In this document: positions 53,909-60,643 of the stretch, in pieces | How positions within the stretch are numbered: the stretch's first letter is position 1 | Layout of the letters: each line of letters begins with the position of its first letter | The notes under the pieces: model-generated | Databases searched by the model: none | What the model saw: only the letters and a program-made list of their open reading frames with translations | Told to the model about the DNA's origin: nothing | Made by a program: the position numbers and the translations under genes | Virus record (IMG/VR): IMGVR_UViG_3300030104_001233 | Coordinates: 1 to 60,643 of that record | Source: a virus | Taxonomy: Duplodnaviria > Caudoviricetes | DNA: 60,643 bases | Strand: one strand, 5' to 3'

Positions 53909-54393
53909 TCGGTGAAGCGTTATTAGCAATAAAAGCCTTAGACTCTGCGTTTGTCGTTGTACAGGGCGCTATTGCTAAGAAGAAAGAAGTTGAAGACATG
54001 GCCGGTGAAGTTGGGCGCTTCTTCACGGCCAAGAAAAAAGTTGAGGAGCATATACAAAAAGCTCGTCAGGCTGGTACTGATGACTTGATGGTAGGTTCTG
54101 CGCTTGAAGAAGCGATTACCATTGATCAGCAAGAAGAGCGTATCGAGAAAATGATGAAGAAAGTGGGGGACTATTACTCCCGCAAAGGTCAAACGCATCG
54201 TTGGGTCAAGATTAAAAAAGAAGCGGTAAAAATAGAAAAGAAACGGGAAGTTAAAAGAAAACAAAAAGCCGCCGCAGAAAAAGCAGAAGATATTTTAATA
54301 CACGATTTAGCAGTAATGTTTGCGTGGATTATAGGGGCGGTTATTTTTATCTTTGGTGCAATATTTTTAATTTTTGGAATAGGTGGCGAGTAA
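53905..54393 (+). CDS. Coiled-coil protein with a C-terminal transmembrane helix
   Basis: LAVMFAWIIGAVIFIFGAIFLIFGIG; ATGA coupling at 53905. Confidence 0.7.
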   Translation: MIGEALLAIKALDSAFVVVQGAIAKKKEVEDMAGEVGRFFTAKKKVEEHIQKARQAGTDDLMVGSALEEAITIDQQEERIEKMMKKVGDYYSRKGQTHRWVKIKKEAVKIEKKREVKRKQKAAAEKAEDILIHDLAVMFAWIIGAVIFIFGAIFLIFGIGGE

Positions 54394-55133
54394 TGAAACT
54401 AGACCCCGTTTTACTTAATATGGCGTGTAGTTGGACGATGAAAGCCTACAATGATGAAAACAAAGATTCTATAAAGATAGAAAGTAAACTTACTTCTACT
54501 ACAGTCTATGTAGCAAAACGTAAATCCATAGACATCATAGCGTTTCGTGGGACGCAACAGGGGCGTGACTGGCTTACCGATGCGTTAGTAGTACCAGTAC
54601 CTTACGTAGGTAGGTTGTGCCACGGCGGGTTTACCGCAGCTCATGCCTCTGTTTGGGGTAAAGTCAAGAAGCACCTAGACATGAAGAAGCGCACTTTAAT
54701 ATGTGGGCACAGTCTTGGTGGAGCGTTAGCAGAGCTAACTGCGGCTAAATTGTGGAAAAAACATCCTAATATCAATCTGATAACCTTTGGTAAACCTAAT
54801 GTGTTCTTCAAAGGGTTCAAGCGTCCTATGAAACTGGATAACCAGATTTCTTGCGTGCAAGGTTCCGATATGGTGGCACGCATACCACGCCTTTGCTATG
54901 GCCCCTCTAGGTCGCAGACTATGCTGTACTTTGCTAACTCCATGCAAGATTACATAAACCCTTCAAAAGAAGTTAGGAAGGAAGACAGAAGCCTGAAAGA
55001 TGCTATCTCTGACCATTTTATGGAAGGGTATAAAGAACGACTAGGTGTATTCTTAGATGCCCAAGACAAAATACTTAATCCAGAAGAACTTAAAGAACTC
55101 AACAAAATGATTGACGAGGTTGAAAATGCTTAG
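54393..55133 (+). CDS. Lipase, class 3 (alpha/beta hydrolase)
   Basis: IAFRGT, HGGF, GHSLGGA nucleophile elbow, TFGKP, DMVARIP and DH. Confidence 0.9.
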   Translation: MKLDPVLLNMACSWTMKAYNDENKDSIKIESKLTSTTVYVAKRKSIDIIAFRGTQQGRDWLTDALVVPVPYVGRLCHGGFTAAHASVWGKVKKHLDMKKRTLICGHSLGGALAELTAAKLWKKHPNINLITFGKPNVFFKGFKRPMKLDNQISCVQGSDMVARIPRLCYGPSRSQTMLYFANSMQDYINPSKEVRKEDRSLKDAISDHFMEGYKERLGVFLDAQDKILNPEELKELNKMIDEVENA

Positions 55134-55335
55134 AATCGCTGCGTTATGTGTACTAATGGCGGGATGCTCTGTATCCGAGGAAATGATAGCCAACAAGGAA
55201 TTGTACTGCTCTGGTGTCTACAAAGGCATACGAGCTGTAGGGCGTGTCACCACTGAGGTTACAACAGGCATCCGAATCCCAGACGTTTGTGATACGATTG
55301 ACGAGATCGTGGAGGAAGACTCCACGGGAAAGTAA
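55126..55335 (+). CDS. Small lipoprotein (possible spanin component or lipase partner)
   Basis: Signal peptide and lipobox MLRIAALCVLMAG-C; GAGG RBS. Confidence 0.7.
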   Translation: MLRIAALCVLMAGCSVSEEMIANKELYCSGVYKGIRAVGRVTTEVTTGIRIPDVCDTIDEIVEEDSTGK

Positions 55336-55378
55336 TTAACGAACTAGAGGCACTGATTAAAGTGTATTTACTACTACA

Positions 55379-55846
55379 ATGAAATTAGGTGGATTACTCA
55401 AGTCTCTTGCCCCTACTATAGCCAGTGCAGCAGGTGGGCCTATGGCGGGTATGGCAGTCAAAATGGCTGCACAAAAACTAGGCGTACCCGAAGCTACTGC
55501 TAACGAAATAGAAGACTTAATCGAGCGAGAACCAGAAAAAGCGGTGCTTCTCAAGGAAGCAGACAATGACTTTAAAGACCGTATACGAGAAATGGAAATT
55601 GATCTGGAGTCATTTAAAACCGAAGTAGAAGACAGGCAACACGCGAGAGAAACTTTCAAAAACGATTGGACACCAAAAGTGTTTGGGATATTGGCGTTAC
55701 TGTTATACGGAGCCTATGTAATGGCTGTAACTATTATGCCTCACGATCAAAATGACGAAACCATAATTAGCTTGGTGTTGGGCCAGCTATCAGGGATTCT
55801 GGGGACTATGGCAGCTTTTTGGTTCTCTGGGTCTAGTACGAAATGA
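55379..55846 (+). CDS. Putative holin
   Basis: LAPTIASAAGGP N-terminus, two C-terminal transmembrane helices, FWFSGSS; directly before the endolysin. Confidence 0.65.
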   Translation: MKLGGLLKSLAPTIASAAGGPMAGMAVKMAAQKLGVPEATANEIEDLIEREPEKAVLLKEADNDFKDRIREMEIDLESFKTEVEDRQHARETFKNDWTPKVFGILALLLYGAYVMAVTIMPHDQNDETIISLVLGQLSGILGTMAAFWFSGSSTK

Positions 55847-56277
55847 GTAACATGAAAAAATTAATTGCCATGTTAAAGCGCCATGAAGGTGTAGAAACTC
55901 ATGCTTATGAGTGTTCTGAAGGAAAGATTACTGTTGGGGTAGGTAGGAATATCGACCAACGGGGCGGCATGGGTTTGTCTGAAGATGAAGTAGAATATTT
56001 ACTTGAGAACGATATTGAACGTGTTATCAAGGAGTTAGCAGAAGAGTACGCTTGGTTTAATGCGTTAGACGATGTACGAAAAGATGCAATGATTGATATT
56101 AGCTTTAATCTTGGAGCAACAAGATTGAGAGGTTTTAAACGTGCTCTGGCTGCTATGGAAGATGGAGACTATAAGGTAGCTGCTACCGAGTTCCTAGACT
56201 CACGTTGGGCTAAACAAGTGGGTGGTAGAGCGTTAGAGCTTACCGACTTAATCAAAACAGGCGAGTATGTAGAGTAA
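55843..56277 (+). CDS. Endolysin (T4-lysozyme-like, GH24)
   Basis: HEG....Y.C..GKITVGVGRN, FNLG and DSRWAKQVG.RA. Confidence 0.9.
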   Translation: MSNMKKLIAMLKRHEGVETHAYECSEGKITVGVGRNIDQRGGMGLSEDEVEYLLENDIERVIKELAEEYAWFNALDDVRKDAMIDISFNLGATRLRGFKRALAAMEDGDYKVAATEFLDSRWAKQVGGRALELTDLIKTGEYVE

Positions 56278-58166
56278 TGCCTTACAAAAAAGTACAGTTT
56301 AAGGCAGGAGTAGACCGAGAAAACACCCGTTATGCGGCTGAAGGTTCTTGGTACGAAACTGAAAAGGTGCGGTTTAGAAGGGGGTTGCCTCAAAAGATAG
56401 GTGGTTGGGAGCGACTGTCTGCTAATACTTACCTAGGAGTAGCGCGTTCTCTACATAACTGGGCTACTTTGAGTCTTCAGAATCTTGTCTCTGTAGGTAC
56501 TAATCTTAAATACTACATAGAGAAAGGCGGGGCTTATAACGACATTACCCCTATTAGAGCTACCACAGCAGCAGGAGATGTTACTTTTGCGGCTGTGAAC
56601 GGCGATGCAACTATTACTATTACGGATACTGCACATGGAGCGGTTGTTAACGATTTTGTTACTTTTAGCGGTGCTGTTTCTCTGGGGGGAAATATTACTG
56701 CTGCTGTTCTGAACCAAGAGTATCAGATAGCAACTAAAGTAAATGACAATTCTTACACCATAGAGGCTAAAGATACCTCTGGTAGTACAGTTACCGCTTC
56801 TGCGGGGGACTCAGGTAATGGAGGGTCTAGCACTGTAGGTACTTATCAGATTAATACCGGAAACGAAATAGAAGTTCCGTTTACTGGTTGGGGCGCAGGT
56901 ACATGGAGTTCAGGTACATGGGGTACAGGTGGCACTACCCTTGCGGGAATGCGTTTGTATAGTCAGGCTAATTTTGGAGAAGATTTATTTTTCTTACATC
57001 GTAACGGAGCTTTATTTTACTGGGATGCAAGTAACGGCGTTACTACAAGAGGGGTGTTAGTAAGTTCACTAGGAGGTGCAGCGCAAGTGCCTACTGTGGC
57101 TAACATTGCCTTCGTATCAGATGTATTCAGGTTTGCTTTTTGTTTTGGCGTAAATGCTGTAGGTAGTTCTGCTTTAGACCCTATGCTTTTACGGTGGTCT
57201 GACCAAGAAGATATTGCTGATTGGAACCCTACCGCTACTAATCAAGCGGGAAGCCTTAGTCTTTCTGAAGGCACAGAAATAGTACAAGCTATACAGGCAC
57301 GTCAGGAAGTATTGGTATGGACTGACGCGGCTATGTACGGCCTACAGTATCTAGGTGCTCCCTTAGTGTGGGGTGCAACGTTACTGGGGTCTAACACTAC
57401 CATAGCCAGCCCTAATGCCGCCGTCTACTCTAACAATATTGCCTACTGGATGGGTACAAGCAAGTTTTACTATTATGATGGTACGGTCAAGACACTACCT
57501 TGTTCGGTACGCAGTTACGTATTTGATGATTTTAACAGTGACCAAGCCCAACAGGTTATCTGTGGGTCAAACGAAGAGTTCGATGAGATATGGTGGTTTT
57601 ACTGCTCTTCTGGGGTGACTCGTAATGACCGCTATGTTGTGTATAACTATGTGGAAAACATCTGGTACTACGGTACGTTATCACGTTCAGCGTGGATGGA
57701 CTCTGACTTACGGGATTTCCCAATGGCTGCTACGTTTGATGGCAAATTAATCAACCAAGAGAAAGGCGTGGATGATAACGAAACAGGTACTCCAGCAGCT
57801 ATAACAGCTAGCATTACTTCTTCCCAGTTTGATTTGGATGATGGTGACAGATTTATGTTAATAAACAAGATGTTACCTGACTTGACCTTTGAAGGTTCTA
57901 CCGCAGGTTCTCCCAGTGCCACGGTTAGTTTACTGCCGTTACAGGATTCTGGGTCTGGTTATTATAGCCCTGCTTCAGTAGGAGGTAACGACAGCGCGGC
58001 TGTTACCCGTACAGCTACAACACCAATAGAGGCTTTTACTGGCATAGTGGATACGCGAGTACGGGGTAGGCAGATGTCGTTTAAGTTAGAGTCTACAGCG
58101 GCTGGGGTTACTTGGAAACTAGGCGTACCGCGTTTGCAGATGCGTCCTGACGGCAGGAGGGGATAG
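56277..58166 (+). CDS. Putative tail nozzle / DNA stabilisation protein (P22 gp10 / T7 gp12-like)
   Basis: 629-aa beta-rich protein (KVRFRRG.P.KIGGW, LRWSDQE, EIWWFY) preceding the core-protein genes. Confidence 0.65.
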   Translation: MPYKKVQFKAGVDRENTRYAAEGSWYETEKVRFRRGLPQKIGGWERLSANTYLGVARSLHNWATLSLQNLVSVGTNLKYYIEKGGAYNDITPIRATTAAGDVTFAAVNGDATITITDTAHGAVVNDFVTFSGAVSLGGNITAAVLNQEYQIATKVNDNSYTIEAKDTSGSTVTASAGDSGNGGSSTVGTYQINTGNEIEVPFTGWGAGTWSSGTWGTGGTTLAGMRLYSQANFGEDLFFLHRNGALFYWDASNGVTTRGVLVSSLGGAAQVPTVANIAFVSDVFRFAFCFGVNAVGSSALDPMLLRWSDQEDIADWNPTATNQAGSLSLSEGTEIVQAIQARQEVLVWTDAAMYGLQYLGAPLVWGATLLGSNTTIASPNAAVYSNNIAYWMGTSKFYYYDGTVKTLPCSVRSYVFDDFNSDQAQQVICGSNEEFDEIWWFYCSSGVTRNDRYVVYNYVENIWYYGTLSRSAWMDSDLRDFPMAATFDGKLINQEKGVDDNETGTPAAITASITSSQFDLDDGDRFMLINKMLPDLTFEGSTAGSPSATVSLLPLQDSGSGYYSPASVGGNDSAAVTRTATTPIEAFTGIVDTRVRGRQMSFKLESTAAGVTWKLGVPRLQMRPDGRRG

Positions 58167-58804
58167 TGGCTAACGATCTTATAAATCAGATTACTAACCC
58201 AGCTCTCCCCGTTGCTCCAAGGGAAACCTCTCTAAGTACTTACCTAGATGATTTAAACAACATTTTACGTTTGTTTTTCAATGGCATAACAAATACTGTA
58301 AACTTGTTGTCTGGAGATTACGGGGGTCGTTTTATTAGCACCCCCAATGGTAAGTTCTTCTCCACAGTCGATCAAAATGCAGGGTCTACGGGCACTGCAT
58401 ATGCTATACAGTTTGAAAACACGTATCTTGGCGAAGCCATGAGCGTAGCGTCTAACACCCGAATAACCCCAACTCATTCAGGGGTTTACAACTTTGAGGT
58501 GTCGGCTCAGTTAACCAGTAGTTCAGCCGCTGCCAAGACAGTTGACGTTTGGGTAAAAAGAAGTGGTACGGATGTTACTAATACTGCCAAACAGCATGTG
58601 TTGTCTGGGTCAGGTAGTATAGACGCAATTAACTATAACTTTACGATTGATGTGCAAGCAGGGCAATACATAGAGATTATGTGGGCAACTAGTGATACAG
58701 ACGTAAGCCTTAACCATCAGGCCGCTTCAAGCCCAAGACCTGTAGTACCATCAGCGATTGTGAGTGCGTTTTTAATTTCAGCACTCCCAGAAACTTTACC
58801 GTAG
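58166..58804 (+). CDS. Putative structural protein with C1q/BclA-like C-terminal domain
   Basis: LNNILRLFFN helix; GVYNFEVSAQL and GQYIEIMW strands. Confidence 0.6.
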   Translation: MANDLINQITNPALPVAPRETSLSTYLDDLNNILRLFFNGITNTVNLLSGDYGGRFISTPNGKFFSTVDQNAGSTGTAYAIQFENTYLGEAMSVASNTRITPTHSGVYNFEVSAQLTSSSAAAKTVDVWVKRSGTDVTNTAKQHVLSGSGSIDAINYNFTIDVQAGQYIEIMWATSDTDVSLNHQAASSPRPVVPSAIVSAFLISALPETLP

Positions 58805-58810
58805 GTAGAT

Positions 58811-60643
58811 ATGGGCACCAGACGAAAATTAGGCGCAAATTCTATGGTCGTTACTCCGGGGGGTCTGAGTATTCCTGCGGGCTATGCCAATATACCTTCT
58901 GTAACAAGCACGGCATCCAGAGGAAACTTAGGGTCTGTTAACTTAGGCGCTATGGGGCTAGGTTCTTTAGGTGCTAGCGGTGGTGGTTTTGATCTTCTTC
59001 CTTCCGCATTTTCATCGAGTAATCCTTTTTACGGCCTATCCTTTAGGGATGCAGCGGCTAAAGCAGCAGCAGAAGCAGGGACACCCGCAGCGGGCCAAGG
59101 TTTTGCCCAAGCATCCGATGCCAACAAAGAAAAAAATCAAATAGAAGCCGCTAATCTAGGGCTTTTTTCCACTGATTTTGACCCTAACACTTACGATTCG
59201 TTAAAAGAAGATTGGATAGCAGCGGGAGAAAAGTTAGCAGCGCATAATCAAAAATACCGTGAATTAGCTATAACTGACCCTACATTTAAAGAAGTTACAG
59301 ATCAGTTTTTTGAAGATCAAAAAGATTTACAAGATAATTTACAAAAAGCTAGAAGTGCTTTTATAGCCGCAGGTGGTGACCCAGACGGACTGACTCAAAG
59401 AGCTATAGCAGCGGCAGCGGGTGGAATAGGGGGGATTGCTAATACTTTACCTCAATTAGCAGGAGCAGGGACATGGAACCAAGTAAAAGTAACGCCGGGG
59501 ACTATTACAGGAACTTTTAATCCACAAGGCCCAAACGAACTAATATCTATAGGCAAGGCTGGACCTACAGGAGATACAACTGTTGTAACCAGTACAGGAG
59601 TACCTGCTCTTGATGATGCTGTAAATGACTTATTGGGGGGTGAAAGTGTAGCCACCGCAGACGTTCCTACTGCGGGTGAAATAGGCGAGGCAGTGGGAGA
59701 GTTAATAGGTGGAGGATTAGAGGAAGTAGCGGCGGGCACGTTGGCTGCTACTTCTGATGCAGATAAAAGCACTGAAGGCACTGATGTAGTTGTAGGTGGT
59801 GACAATAAAGGCGGTGCTCCTGCTGGTGGTGACAATACTCTGGATAGTGACAATAAAGGCGGTGCTCCTGCTGGTGGTGACAACACTCTGGGTAATGTAG
59901 GGGCAGCGGGTACAACGACAGACACAACGACAGACGCACTGAAAGGCACTGTAGCTGTACGGGATATGGCAGGTTCAGTTGCACCTCAAGTAGAGGGTCA
60001 GGTAGATGTTAGTAATGCCGTTAAAGGTGGGATAGGAACTATAACTACTACAGACGGCGTTAGTGCTTTAGATGTAAAAGGTTCTGTATCCCCCTATGAC
60101 ATAGCTACCACAAAAGGTGTTGATAATTTAGATGTAGAAGGTTCTATAAATCCTTATGAGTATGAAACTACAGGAGAAATTAAAAGCGACGAAGTAAAAA
60201 CTCTTGAAGATGTTAAAGGTGGCGGGGGCAGCAACAGAGGTGGAGGAGATGCTAGTCTGTTTTTACCTCAAAGTTTTAGAGGTATCAGAGAAGAACCGGG
60301 TGATTTAGTTGATATTGATTATCTCTATGATTTTGATGATGGTTTAGAACAACTTTTTGAAGCTACAGAAGACGAAGAAGAGATAGAAAAAGGTTTATAC
60401 GTATACGAAGAGGGTGGCGAAGTGGCTAAACAAGATGCGGTAGATGTAGTGACTAGAAGACCGGGAGAGTACGGTAGAAGTTATTTTACACAAGGAGAGG
60501 GAACAGGTTTTATACCCACAGGCACTGCACTTGGTGGCGAATCTCTAACGTCTAGTGAAATACAAATACCAAAGTATACGTACGAAAGAGACTTACTACC
60601 GCAGTTTGGTGGTCCTGTTGGGCAACCCTCTGTAGGTCAACCC
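58811..60643 (+). CDS. 5' part of the ~1029-aa internal virion protein, continuing at base 1 (missing from ORF track)
   Basis: Manual translation from the ATG at 58811 shows no stop to the window end; frame matches 1-1356. Confidence 0.85.
   Translation, partial: MGTRRKLGANSMVVTPGGLSIPAGYANIPSVTSTASRGNLGSVNLGAMGLGSLGASGGGFDLLPSAFSSSNPFYGLSFRDAAAKAAAEAGTPAAGQGFAQASDANKEKNQIEAANLGLFSTDFDPNTYDSLKEDWIAAGEKLAAHNQKYRELAITDPTFKEVTDQFFEDQKDLQDNLQKARSAFIAAGGDPDGLTQRAIAAAAGGIGGIANTLPQLAGAGTWNQVKVTPGTITGTFNPQGPNELISIGKAGPTGDTTVVTSTGVPALDDAVNDLLGGESVATADVPTAGEIGEAVGELIGGGLEEVAAGTLAATSDADKSTEGTDVVVGGDNKGGAPAGGDNTLDSDNKGGAPAGGDNTLGNVGAAGTTTDTTTDALKGTVAVRDMAGSVAPQVEGQVDVSNAVKGGIGTITTTDGVSALDVKGSVSPYDIATTKGVDNLDVEGSINPYEYETTGEIKSDEVKTLEDVKGGGGSNRGGGDASLFLPQSFRGIREEPGDLVDIDYLYDFDDGLEQLFEATEDEEEIEKGLYVYEEGGEVAKQDAVDVVTRRPGEYGRSYFTQGEGTGFIPTGTALGGESLTSSEIQIPKYTYERDLLPQFGGPVGQPSVGQP
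59801..59891 (+). repeat. 48-bp-period coding duplication (DNKGGAPAGGDNTL)
   Basis: Copies start at 59801 and 59849. Confidence 0.9.
60545..60642. repeat. Terminal direct repeat, right copy
   Basis: Identical to 1-98. Confidence 0.95.

Overview
The window is an apparently complete, circularly permuted genome (~60.5 kb) of a tailed dsDNA phage, probably a podovirus of a Gram-negative (proteobacterial, likely aquatic) host. Bases 1-98 recur at 60545-60642, and one ~1029-aa gene runs across that junction. There are two arms diverging from a non-coding control region at ~31.6-33.4 kb. The minus-strand arm (33.1 kb down to 11.9 kb) carries early/accessory genes (PNK-type phosphatase, AAA ATPase + metallopeptidase-vWA module, AT-hook and ribbon-helix-helix proteins), then replication genes (VRR-NUC, family A DNA polymerase, thermonuclease, Cas4-like exonuclease, HNH, SNF2 helicase, SSB-like protein, DUF927-type primase-helicase). 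The plus-strand arm (33.4 kb to the end, then 1-11.9 kb) carries terminase, portal, GroES, scaffold, major capsid protein, many small basic proteins, tail proteins, a lysis region that includes a class-3 lipase, and large internal virion proteins. The capsid N-terminus and gene order recall the vSAG 37-F6 / HTVC023P-like marine podoviruses (from memory, not searched). No integrase, tRNA, CRISPR array or reverse transcriptase was seen. The most unusual signals are (1) five perfect copies of a 20-bp palindrome confined to the early arm, (2) a ~190-nt cloverleaf-like non-coding RNA after the polymerase whose loops are complementary to Shine-Dalgarno/start-codon sequences, including a repeated leader shared by many early genes, (3) tandem AT-hook paralogs inside the AAA-vWA module, (4) a recurrent hydrophobic-x-x-G-G-x-V motif in putative core proteins, and (5) a lipase-lipoprotein pair beside the holin and endolysin. 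All product calls rest on motif recognition by eye.
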